A stretch of 64,000 nt of DNA from positions 128,001 to 192,000 of IMG/VR virus record IMGVR_UViG_3300028591_005215. One strand, given 5' to 3'. Source of the DNA: a virus. Lineage: Duplodnaviria; Caudoviricetes. The position numbers were made by a program, and so were the translations under genes. Positions 39,533-48,982 of the stretch are shown here, piece after piece (positions within the stretch are counted from its first letter, which is position 1; each line of letters begins with the position of its first letter). The notes beneath the pieces are model-generated. The model saw only the letters and a program-made list of their open reading frames with translations. It was not told the origin of the DNA and ran no database searches.

Positions 39533-41171
39533 CATTCCATTCCCAGACTTTACACCCACAGTCATATATTCTATATATTTTTCTTTCTAACATTATTTCA
39601 TGCTCCGATTTATTTTTATCAAAGCCTTCTTTAATTAATTTATCTTTTCTGTATTTAAATCTGTTTTCTCTTTGTCTATTTATAACGTAATAATAATTAG
39701 GACTTGAATTACGTAGAAATTTAAACCCTAAATTATGGTACATACCACCTTTAAACCATCTGTTATCAGAATAGCTTATTATCTTAGATGGGTGATTGTT
39801 TTCTATAAAATACTTAAATAATTTGCTTGCACCGCCTATGACGTTAGTACCTAATTTATTGCAAAATCTAATTAATTCATATTCCCCATCTTTCGGTTTT
39901 AGTCCCAAATTTATTCTTAAAGGACTAAAACACATTAATGAAACAATTTCACCTTTAAAATACAGACCTATGTCAATAGAACTACCAACATTACCCTGTA
40001 TGTGATTATTGTTAAGAAAAATTGCTTTTTCTTTTTTATCAACTTTTTTTAGCTCGCATTTTCTTGCATATATTTTATTGTTGCTTTGTAATAAAATATT
40101 TGAAATTATACTTTTAACTATTGTTTGCTTATTTATCCATTCATCTTCAAATATATGTATTAATCTTACCCCTTTGCTTTCACATTCAATTGTTTTGTTT
40201 AAATGATAAGATTTATCTTTAAATTCTTCAGAATGCCAATGCAAACCATCACACTCAATACCTAAATGTGCTTTAGGGATAAAAATATCAAGTTCATTTT
40301 TGTCATCTAATATGTTCCTATTCGATTGTTCTGCTGATGAATCAATTTTGTGGACAAAAGAAAATAATTCATCTTCAAATTTTGAAATTATTCTACCTTT
40401 GCCACATCTTGGGCATCCATGACCAGATAAATGGTCGTTTGGACATTGTAAAAAATCACCGTGCTTTTTACATGTTATTACGCATAAGTCTTTTGCTGAT
40501 ATATAATTTGTTTTTGAATAGTCATATTTATCACCATGAACAGATTTTGCGAGTTTAATAAATTCTTCTGTTGTATGTTTTTTGTGCCTATTTTTAATAG
40601 AACATTTGGGGCATCCTTGTCCTAATAAATGTTTTGAAGGAGTTTGCCAAAATTCGCCATGTTCAGGACATATTATACAAACTTTCTTATGCATTAACTC
40701 GTAATTTACTTTACTGTAATCATATCTATTATTTGAATGTTTTTTATTAAACAAATCTATCAATTCATTAGTTGTTAATTTTTTACCACTGCACTTAGGA
40801 CATCCTTGCCCATTAAGATGGTTTAATGGTTTTTGGTAAAAAGAGCCATGTGTATTACAAATTATTTCAACGTTAGTATTTGAATTAACATATTCAACTT
40901 TTGAATAATCATATTTATCGCCATGAACAGATTTTGCTTTCTTAATAAATTCTTCAGTGGAAGAACGCTTTTTACTTCCACGTCCTTTATTAGAACACAT
41001 AGGGCATCTATTACCACGAATATGATTAGCAGGTGTTTGCCAAAATTCACCATGTTCTGGACAAACTATACAAACCTTAGTTTGACTATTGACGTAGCAA
41101 ACTTTTGAATAGTCATATTTATTTCCGTGAACAGATTTTGCTTTTTTAATAAATTTATCTAATTTATCCAT
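39528..41171 (-). CDS. homing-endonuclease-like protein (4 Zn repeats + Vsr-like + Mom/GNAT-like)
   Basis: Four YDYSKxxY...C..HG.F.Q.P..H..G..CP.C repeats; ELDIFIP...IECDGLHWH; YELIRFC...GGASKLF...SYSDNRW. Confidence 0.85.
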   Translation of the reverse strand: MDKLDKFIKKAKSVHGNKYDYSKVCYVNSQTKVCIVCPEHGEFWQTPANHIRGNRCPMCSNKGRGSKKRSSTEEFIKKAKSVHGDKYDYSKVEYVNSNTNVEIICNTHGSFYQKPLNHLNGQGCPKCSGKKLTTNELIDLFNKKHSNNRYDYSKVNYELMHKKVCIICPEHGEFWQTPSKHLLGQGCPKCSIKNRHKKHTTEEFIKLAKSVHGDKYDYSKTNYISAKDLCVITCKKHGDFLQCPNDHLSGHGCPRCGKGRIISKFEDELFSFVHKIDSSAEQSNRNILDDKNELDIFIPKAHLGIECDGLHWHSEEFKDKSYHLNKTIECESKGVRLIHIFEDEWINKQTIVKSIISNILLQSNNKIYARKCELKKVDKKEKAIFLNNNHIQGNVGSSIDIGLYFKGEIVSLMCFSPLRINLGLKPKDGEYELIRFCNKLGTNVIGGASKLFKYFIENNHPSKIISYSDNRWFKGGMYHNLGFKFLRNSSPNYYYVINRQRENRFKYRKDKLIKEGFDKNKSEHEIMLERKIYRIYDCGCKVWEWNG

Positions 41172-41288
41172 AACTCTTTTTTCTTATGCTAATATATAAT
41201 ATTTTATTTAAATAACAAAATATATTATTAAAATTATAAAATATAATATTTATATTATATAAAAATAAATATATTAAATATATAAAAT

Positions 41289-41777
41289 ATGTCAGATTTA
41301 CTTTTGAAGATGCCGCTCAATTATGAGCCATTAAGGAAAAATAGATGGTTATTCAGGTTCCCTGCAGATTTGGGCATTCAAGAGTGGTGGCTTTCAAGTG
41401 CATCACGTCCATCTATCACACAGGATGAAACTCAAATTCCGTTCTTGAACACATCAACTTATGTTGTTGGTAGATATACATGGGAAACAATTCAAGTAAC
41501 ATTACGTGACCCAATTGGGCCAAGTGCTTCACAGGCTATTATGGAATGGGTTCGTTTGCATTCAGAATCAGTTACAGGTAGACAGGGCTACGCAGCTGGC
41601 TATAAACGTGACGTAGAATTGGAAATGCTTGACCCTACAGGTGTTGTTGTGTCTAAGTGGATTCTTAAAAACACAATGTTAACAAATGTGTCATTTGGTG
41701 ATTTGGATTACAGTGTAAGTGACCTTGTTACAATTCAAGCTACATTAAGGTTTGATTATGCTATATTGTGCTACTAA
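41289..41777 (+). CDS. tail tube protein (T4 gp19-like)
   Basis: YEPLRKNRW, SASRPS, W..I.VTLRDPI, GYKRD..LEMLDPTG, FGDLDY, TLRFDYA. Confidence 0.92.
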   Translation: MSDLLLKMPLNYEPLRKNRWLFRFPADLGIQEWWLSSASRPSITQDETQIPFLNTSTYVVGRYTWETIQVTLRDPIGPSASQAIMEWVRLHSESVTGRQGYAAGYKRDVELEMLDPTGVVVSKWILKNTMLTNVSFGDLDYSVSDLVTIQATLRFDYAILCY

Positions 41778-41861
41778 TTGTCTGAAAATCAAGCAGTTAC
41801 AGCGTTTTGTTAAAGTAGCTATGAAAGAAAATAATAAAAAATAAAGAAATAGTAGCAATTT

Positions 41862-41893
41862 CTTGTAAATTAAGATATTTACTTATATATTTG
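41862..41893 (+). promoter_or_regulatory. Bacteroidota sigmaA-type promoter
   Basis: CTTG, N20, TATATTTG(CA) upstream of the glycosyltransferase. Confidence 0.6.
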
Positions 41894-41924
41894 CAAAATA
41901 ATATATAGGCAAATATCTTTTTTT

Positions 41925-43508
41925 ATGGGTTTAAAAAAGCAAAAAATACATTCTGCTGAAACTAGAAGTGTGCAATATAAAAATGATATGAAAGTAGCGT
42001 TATGCTGTATAGGAAGATTAGAAAACAGATATATTAAAGAATATGTTGATTTCTATCTAGACATCGGAGTAGATAAAATATTTTTATATGATAATAACTA
42101 TGATGGAGAAGAATATTTTGAAGATGTAATTAATGAATACATTTCAAATGGTTCTGTAGAAGTAGTCAATTTTAGGAATCAATCTTATTGCCAGTTGAAG
42201 GCTTATCAAGATTGTTATGATAAACATAGTTCTGAATATGATTGGTTTTGTTTTTTTGATATTGACGAATTTATTGCATTTCAAAATGTCAAAACAATAA
42301 AAGAATGGCTATCGTTGCCAATATACAGTGATTATGATATGATTCATATTAATTTTTTAACTTTTAATGATAGTAATCTAATTAAATATGAAAACAAACC
42401 AGTATTAGAAAGATTCACTAATGTGGTTAAGCCGTTGAATTTTTCTAAAAGAAATGGCATCATAGAAAATAATCATATTAAATCTGTTATAAAGGGAAAC
42501 ATTCATGTTGAGTGGAAAGAAACACCACACACACCTTCTAACGAAATAAACTGCTGTGATGGTAATGGGAAGAAATGTGATTCTAGAAAACCATTTGTTC
42601 CTTTTATTTATTCAAATGTTTTGTTAAGGCATTTTCCAACTAAAACGATTGAAGAATACCGAGATATTAAGGTTAAAAGAGGGTATCCTGATGGCAATAA
42701 AAATTTTTTTAAAGAGAATGATTGGGTTAATGAATTTTTTTTATATAATGAAAGGACAAAAGAAAAGATGGATTTTTTAGGCACTAAAGAAAAAAATGAT
42801 ACTGACATATTTATATGCACTCATAAAGATTTTAACAATATACTTAAAAACAAAGCATATAAAGTGATTAACTCAAACGATATTAATGGCGACATTGCCG
42901 ATAACGGGTTAAAGGGAAGCTTTTATTCAGAGATAATGAGTTATTTTCATATAAAAGACAATATTGAGTTGAAAAAATATGTTGGGGTATGTTCGTATAG
43001 GAAATACTTTGAGTTTATGGATGATATACCTAACATGGACGAGGTATTTAAGCAATGTGATGCTATTGCATGTGACCCAATTACATTCAATGGAACTGTT
43101 AGATGGCAGTATGCTTTATGTCATAATGTAGAAGATTTGGATATTGTTGAAGAGATAATTAGAAAAAAATTTCCAATGTATTTTGATTCATTTGAAAATG
43201 TTATGAATGCATCAATGATGTTTCCTTGTAATATGGTGATAATGAAAAAAGAAGATTTTGAAGAATACGTTGATTTTATAAGAAATGTATTGGATGAATA
43301 TATCAAATATGTTGGCATTGACATAGAGAAAAGAATAGAAAATAATAAAGAAAAATATCTTAAAAATTTTAGCCCTAATAACGAAGTTTGGTATCAATAC
43401 AGAATTGGGGGCTATTTGGCTGAAAGATTGACTAACGTTTTTTTACTTAAACATTTTAAAAAAATAAAAACATATAAGATGGTAATAACAGAACAAAAAT
43501 ATGAATAG
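41925..43508 (+). CDS. two-domain glycosyltransferase (GT-A GT92/GT2-like + DUF4422-like)
   Basis: ENRYIKEYV...FLYDNN...Q..AY.DC...W..FFDIDEF; second domain IFICTHK...YSE...YVG..SYRKYF...FPCNM.IMKK...RIGGYLAERL. Start may be 41988. Confidence 0.8.
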   Translation: MGLKKQKIHSAETRSVQYKNDMKVALCCIGRLENRYIKEYVDFYLDIGVDKIFLYDNNYDGEEYFEDVINEYISNGSVEVVNFRNQSYCQLKAYQDCYDKHSSEYDWFCFFDIDEFIAFQNVKTIKEWLSLPIYSDYDMIHINFLTFNDSNLIKYENKPVLERFTNVVKPLNFSKRNGIIENNHIKSVIKGNIHVEWKETPHTPSNEINCCDGNGKKCDSRKPFVPFIYSNVLLRHFPTKTIEEYRDIKVKRGYPDGNKNFFKENDWVNEFFLYNERTKEKMDFLGTKEKNDTDIFICTHKDFNNILKNKAYKVINSNDINGDIADNGLKGSFYSEIMSYFHIKDNIELKKYVGVCSYRKYFEFMDDIPNMDEVFKQCDAIACDPITFNGTVRWQYALCHNVEDLDIVEEIIRKKFPMYFDSFENVMNASMMFPCNMVIMKKEDFEEYVDFIRNVLDEYIKYVGIDIEKRIENNKEKYLKNFSPNNEVWYQYRIGGYLAERLTNVFLLKHFKKIKTYKMVITEQKYE

Positions 43509-43959
43509 ATTAATTAGGCTTACTGAACAAGATATTCATGATATAATAATTGAATGCGCAAATAGAATATTAAACGAACAAAGCTCTGTAGAAATTTATT
43601 ATCATGGTGGAAATTTAAAGGAAAATGGTTTTATATGGTTAACACCGCAAGACTATTATGCTAAAGAATATGCTAAAGAAATGGCGAACCCTGCAATATA
43701 TGAATTTAAAATTGATGAAAGTAAAATAAAGCCAATATCAATATTTGATATTGAAAGTATTGTAGGTGCTAATTTTGACCCATATGACCCATCTGAAGAA
43801 GAAATACAATTAGTGGTTAGTGAAGGATATAATGCATATTATTTGGACTATGATTCTTTTAATGCAGAAGGTCTTTGCCTTCTATCAAAAGAGCCGATAG
43901 TTTCAGTAAGGCGATTGACAGAAAAAGAATATAATATGATTGAAGATTGGATTGAATAA
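43501..43959 (+). CDS. leader-tagged ADP-ribosyltransferase-like protein
   Basis: Leader MNRLIRLTEQDIHDIIIECANRILNE; then YYHGG...IWLTP...YA..YA...IYEF...GYNAY...E (H-type ART pattern). Confidence 0.6.
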   Translation: MNRLIRLTEQDIHDIIIECANRILNEQSSVEIYYHGGNLKENGFIWLTPQDYYAKEYAKEMANPAIYEFKIDESKIKPISIFDIESIVGANFDPYDPSEEEIQLVVSEGYNAYYLDYDSFNAEGLCLLSKEPIVSVRRLTEKEYNMIEDWIE

Positions 43960-43975
43960 AAAAAACAAATAAAGT

Positions 43976-44007
43976 AAAAGGTAAGAGTTTTTCTCTTACC
44001 TTTTTTT
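43976..44007 (+). terminator. intrinsic terminator
   Basis: aaaaggtaagag-tttt-tctcttacctttttt. Confidence 0.75.
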
Positions 44008-44038
44008 GTTATTTAATATTTATAGTTAAAAAATTAAT

Positions 44039-47000
44039 ATGTCTGACGAAATAAAAAAACAACAGGTAGTTCAATTTCTGAGAAACAATATCCAAAACAA
44101 TAATATACAACCAAATAGGCAAAGTGCAATTGAACTTATTGATAAAATCAGTAATAATCTTGACACTTTAGGGGCAAAAGATGGTGAGCCTGTTATTGTA
44201 AGATATTTAGATGATAACAACGAAATAATTACTTATATGGCAGTAGTTGCAGAACGTAATGGCAAGTTAGTATTATCACATGTAACTAATGATATTGACA
44301 TGAATACAATTATTCAAATAACTGAAAGTTCTATTACAAGTTCTGTTAGTGCTTTATCTGGTGACTTATCATCTATGATTGAACAAACAGCATCATCAAT
44401 TACATCTACAGTAGATGATAAAATTAATGATACAATGTCAGTTGTTAAGCAAACTGCTTCATCAATAACACAATCAGTTATTGATAGCACTAATTTTTCA
44501 ACACAAGAGCAAACGTCTGAGTTAATAAAACAAGAAATTGGCAATGTTTTAAAATCAGTTAAAACTTATTATAAACTAAGTTCAAGTAAGCCTTCAGAAG
44601 TTAATAAAAAAGATGACCCAATAAAATTTGGATGGAGTGAAACTTATATTTTAAAAAGTAGTAAAGAAGATTCACTATATAGTTTCACAAGATATACATA
44701 TGGTGATGGGAGCGTGATACAAACTGAAATATCTGAAACTGCTGCACCTGAAGATGGGGCAACTTACTACACATGGATTCGTTATTCGGAAAGTGGCGCT
44801 ACAAGTACAAGAACTTTTAATGACCCTGTTTACAATGGTAAAGTATTACCATATATAGGTTTTTCGTATAATAATACAGATGAGAACGAAAGTGATGATG
44901 TGTCTGCTTATACGTGGTCACTAATTAAAGGTGAGGATGGCGTACCTGGAGAACCTGGTAAAAATGGTAAAACACTCTACACTTGGATAGCTTATGCAGA
45001 TGAGTTAATTCAAGGAAAAGACTACCCTGAAACAGCTTATCAGCAGCCAAATGAAGATACTAAATACATAGGAATCTGTCCTAACCAAGAGACTGCCACT
45101 GAAGGTTCTGATTGGGAAAAATATACTTGGTCAAGATTCAGGGGTTCTGATGGAATTGCTACTACTTACTACACATGGATTCGTTATTCGGAAAGTGGCG
45201 CTACAAGTACAAGGACTTTTAACGACCCTGTATTTGAAGGAAAAGTGCTGCCTTATATTGGGTTTTCATATAACAATATAGATAAAAATGAAAGTGATGA
45301 AGTATCTGCTTATACGTGGTCACTAATTAAAGGTGAGGATGGTGTACCTGGAGAACCTGGTAAAAATGGTAAAACACTCTACACTTGGATAGCTTATGCT
45401 GACGAGTTAATTGAAGGGAAAGATTACCCATCGTCAGCATATCAACAACCAACAGAAGATACTAAATATATAGGAATATGCCCTAATCAAGAAACACCAA
45501 CTGAGGGAACTGATTGGGAAAAATATACTTGGTCAAGATTCAGGGGTGCTGATGGTGTTGGCTCTACTCTTTATACATGGATTCGTTATTCAGAAAGTGG
45601 CGCTACAAGTACAAGAACTTTTAATGACCCTGTCTATAACGGTAAAGTATTACCATATATAGGTTTTGCATACAACAAAGAAAGTAAGGCTGAAAGTGAA
45701 AATGTTTCGGATTATACTTGGTCTTTAATTAAAGGAGAAAAAGGTGTATCTGGTGATTCATTTTACACGTGGATAGCTTACGCTGATGAATTAATTGATG
45801 GGAAAGATTATCCTGCCATTGCGTATCAGCAGCCAAATAAAGATACTAAGTACATAGGAATATGTCCTAATCAAGAGATTGAAGAAGAAGATTACGATTG
45901 GAAAAAATATACTTGGTCTAAATTTAGAGGTGATGATGGCGTTTCAATAAAAAGCTACACATGGATTCGTTATTCGGAAAGTGGCGCTACAAGTACAAGA
46001 ACTTTTAATGACCCTGTGTTTGAAGGAAAAGTGCTACCTTATATCGGTTTCGCTTATAATAAAGAGAGCGAGATAGAAAGTGAAAATGTTTCAGATTATA
46101 CTTGGTCTTTAATTAAAGGTGAAGATGGTGCACCTGGAGAACCTGGTAAAAATGGCAAAACGCTCTACACGTGGATAGCTTATGCTGATGAACTTAATGA
46201 AACAGATTCTTCTGGCAAAAAATACCCATCATCGGCTTATCAGCAACCAACAGATAAAACAGTGTACATCGGTATACGTCCTAATCAAGAAACGCCAACT
46301 GAGGGAACTGATTGGGAAAAATATACTTGGTCTAGATTCAGAGGTACTGATGGGGTTAGTACAACTTATTATACGTGGGTTCGTTATTCGGAAAGTGGCG
46401 CTACAAGTACGAGGACTTTTAATGACCCTGTTTATAATGGGGAAGTTTTGCCTTATATTGGGTTTGCGTATAATAAAGAAACTGAAAAAGAAAGTGACGA
46501 AGTATCTGCCTACACATGGTCACTAATTAAAGGCAAAGATGGCGTACCTGGAGAACCTGGTAAAAATGGTAAAACACTTTATACTTGGATAGCTTATGCA
46601 GATGTGCTTAACAAAACAGATGCTTCTGGCAAAAAATATCCGTCATCAGCCTATCAACAACCAACAGAAGATACTAAATACATAGGCATATGCCCTAACC
46701 AAGAGACTGCCACTGAAGGGTCTAACTGGGAAAATTACTCATGGTCACGATTCAGAGGTGCTGATGGCGTTGGCACTACCTATTATACGTGGGTTAAATA
46801 TGCTAATGAACTTGATAGTGAAGGGTATGGCGTTAATATAAGTGATGCTAATAAGAATGATGATGGTACATATAAAAAATATATAGGTACTGGTTACAAT
46901 AAAACAAAAGCTGAGAGCGACCCAACATCAACATCTACAGACCCTAAAGAATACACGTGGTCTCCTTATGCGCCAAATGATTCGAATAAGTATGTTATTG

Positions 47001-48937
47001 TACCTAAAGATGCTAATGGACTAAAAGCTATTATTAAAGCTGATGACAATATACATGTAAATATTAATTGCTATGCTGCCAAAGTAGATGCTGAAGGTGT
47101 GCCTGTTACTGTGACTGACGGAAGCATTGTAATGTATTATTGTGATAATATTAACGCAAACTTTAGAGAAATAAAAGTAAATTCTAATAACTTATTTACT
47201 TACACGAATGAAAAATACCAAGAAGGCGTTCATAATTTAGCTGATAATGAAGAGGTTAAAAGTATTATGGTGTCAATTTTTTTGAAAAATAAAGGTACGA
47301 TTTCACAAGATTTCGCACTTGATACAAAGACTATTAATCCTTCTTATACTTCTAATTTTTTAAGAACTGAAACATCATCTGCTGTTACGCAGTCATTAAT
47401 TAATGAATTTGGCGATTTAAGTACATTTAAACAAACAGCTTCAGGATGGACATCTATAGTGCAAAATTTAAGCGGAGACGTATCTACTGTTAAGCAAACA
47501 GCTTCAAGCTTATCTTCCACTGTTCAAAATTTAAGTGGTGATGTATCTACTGTAAAACAGACAAGTTCAGCATTATCTTCTACCGTACAAAATTTAAGTG
47601 GTAATATGTCTTCTATGGAACAGACAGTAAGTGGTATCAATGTAACTGTCGGTAATATTGGACAAAATCAAGAAGTAATGTCGGCTAAGTTTACTGAATT
47701 GGGTGAAAAAATAACAAATGGCGGACTAACTGCTGACACAGTTAATACTAACCCATATAACGATAATGGACCAAGAATTGTGATGGAAGGTGGTGAAATT
47801 GGTATATATCGTGCAGCATCTGCTGCGACACCAAACATACAATTTGGCTATAAAAACACAGACGTTAGTGGCAACCCTTTAAATATGATGGTTCTTTCAT
47901 TTTACGATAATGATGGTAATTTGCTATATGATTTAGGTCCTGGTGGAATTATGTGGGTTCCTGGTGGGGAAAATCAAGAAGAACACTTTACTGATGATGA
48001 GCATAAAATTATGAGGAAATTATTCCAAGGTGGTAGTTTTGATAGTAGGTCTAATTTACTTATGTTAGCTTATGCTGAATATAAACATTTAATAAGTTTG
48101 TCATCATTACCTACTGGTACTAATTTAGGTGAATATGAATATGCTAAAAAATATTATGCTAAAAAAGTGAAAGGTGAATATGTTGATGGTGAATACTCAT
48201 TTGTTGATTCTGACCCATATGCTAATTTAATGGACGGTAAATATGTATGTAAGGTGGACATTGAAAATGATAAAGATTCATCGTTTGCCAATGCAGAAAG
48301 CTATTATGAAACGAGGGAATATATTAATAATACGTCAAATATTTTTGTGATAGCGAATAAAATTAGTGATTTGGAAAACAGTGTTTTTGAAAATTCACTT
48401 GGTGGAGGTACAAAAGGTGATTATTATATACCTTTATTAAAATCAGAAGATAATGTAAAAGGAAAATATACTACAGATAGTCCGTATTATGAATTATGGA
48501 AAATATTTAATAAAGGGGATTATAGTGTTGACAATGGTGATTGGTTCTACCGTAAAGACTTTTTTGTAATGAACACATCGCCTACAACATTCTATCTTGA
48601 TATATCAAAGAAAAATGGGGTAACAAACGTTGGAACTAAATATACGTTTACGTCTGAAAAATGCCCTATTGAATATAAAAATAATACGGAAAATATATTG
48701 AACATTGCTTCTGATAGTATTGGGTATTTATATGACCCTATAATATGCTTTACATATAAAGACATCTTATATGACAATAATACAGAAATAGTTGAAACTT
48801 ATTATGAATTTCATAACTTATCAAGAGTGTATCAAAAATTTGTTGATGGAAACTATAATGAACGTATAGATGATAATAATACACTTTATTCAGACAAGCA
48901 AGCTACTTTTACTGGAGATATAATATACTATGCCTAA
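44039..48937 (+). CDS. large tail fibre / host-specificity protein with YTW and collagen-like repeats
   Basis: About 11 YTW(I/V)xY...YIG...YTWS.(IKG/FRG) units with GxxG triplets; QTASS repeats; unique C-terminus. Confidence 0.8.
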   Translation: MSDEIKKQQVVQFLRNNIQNNNIQPNRQSAIELIDKISNNLDTLGAKDGEPVIVRYLDDNNEIITYMAVVAERNGKLVLSHVTNDIDMNTIIQITESSITSSVSALSGDLSSMIEQTASSITSTVDDKINDTMSVVKQTASSITQSVIDSTNFSTQEQTSELIKQEIGNVLKSVKTYYKLSSSKPSEVNKKDDPIKFGWSETYILKSSKEDSLYSFTRYTYGDGSVIQTEISETAAPEDGATYYTWIRYSESGATSTRTFNDPVYNGKVLPYIGFSYNNTDENESDDVSAYTWSLIKGEDGVPGEPGKNGKTLYTWIAYADELIQGKDYPETAYQQPNEDTKYIGICPNQETATEGSDWEKYTWSRFRGSDGIATTYYTWIRYSESGATSTRTFNDPVFEGKVLPYIGFSYNNIDKNESDEVSAYTWSLIKGEDGVPGEPGKNGKTLYTWIAYADELIEGKDYPSSAYQQPTEDTKYIGICPNQETPTEGTDWEKYTWSRFRGADGVGSTLYTWIRYSESGATSTRTFNDPVYNGKVLPYIGFAYNKESKAESENVSDYTWSLIKGEKGVSGDSFYTWIAYADELIDGKDYPAIAYQQPNKDTKYIGICPNQEIEEEDYDWKKYTWSKFRGDDGVSIKSYTWIRYSESGATSTRTFNDPVFEGKVLPYIGFAYNKESEIESENVSDYTWSLIKGEDGAPGEPGKNGKTLYTWIAYADELNETDSSGKKYPSSAYQQPTDKTVYIGIRPNQETPTEGTDWEKYTWSRFRGTDGVSTTYYTWVRYSESGATSTRTFNDPVYNGEVLPYIGFAYNKETEKESDEVSAYTWSLIKGKDGVPGEPGKNGKTLYTWIAYADVLNKTDASGKKYPSSAYQQPTEDTKYIGICPNQETATEGSNWENYSWSRFRGADGVGTTYYTWVKYANELDSEGYGVNISDANKNDDGTYKKYIGTGYNKTKAESDPTSTSTDPKEYTWSPYAPNDSNKYVIVPKDANGLKAIIKADDNIHVNINCYAAKVDAEGVPVTVTDGSIVMYYCDNINANFREIKVNSNNLFTYTNEKYQEGVHNLADNEEVKSIMVSIFLKNKGTISQDFALDTKTINPSYTSNFLRTETSSAVTQSLINEFGDLSTFKQTASGWTSIVQNLSGDVSTVKQTASSLSSTVQNLSGDVSTVKQTSSALSSTVQNLSGNMSSMEQTVSGINVTVGNIGQNQEVMSAKFTELGEKITNGGLTADTVNTNPYNDNGPRIVMEGGEIGIYRAASAATPNIQFGYKNTDVSGNPLNMMVLSFYDNDGNLLYDLGPGGIMWVPGGENQEEHFTDDEHKIMRKLFQGGSFDSRSNLLMLAYAEYKHLISLSSLPTGTNLGEYEYAKKYYAKKVKGEYVDGEYSFVDSDPYANLMDGKYVCKVDIENDKDSSFANAESYYETREYINNTSNIFVIANKISDLENSVFENSLGGGTKGDYYIPLLKSEDNVKGKYTTDSPYYELWKIFNKGDYSVDNGDWFYRKDFFVMNTSPTTFYLDISKKNGVTNVGTKYTFTSEKCPIEYKNNTENILNIASDSIGYLYDPIICFTYKDILYDNNTEIVETYYEFHNLSRVYQKFVDGNYNERIDDNNTLYSDKQATFTGDIIYYA
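44760..46970 (+). repeat. ~400 bp near-identical coding tandem repeat (about 5.5 copies)
   Basis: tggattcgttattcggaaagtggcgctacaagtac recurs near 44774, 45175, 45578, 45963 and 46376. Confidence 0.9.
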
Positions 48938-48947
48938 TAAATAAAAT

Positions 48948-48982
48948 TAAATCAAGCATTGAAATAATGCTTGATTTTTTTA
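48948..48982 (+). terminator. intrinsic terminator
   Basis: aaatcaagcatt-gaaat-aatgcttgatttttt. Confidence 0.7.
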
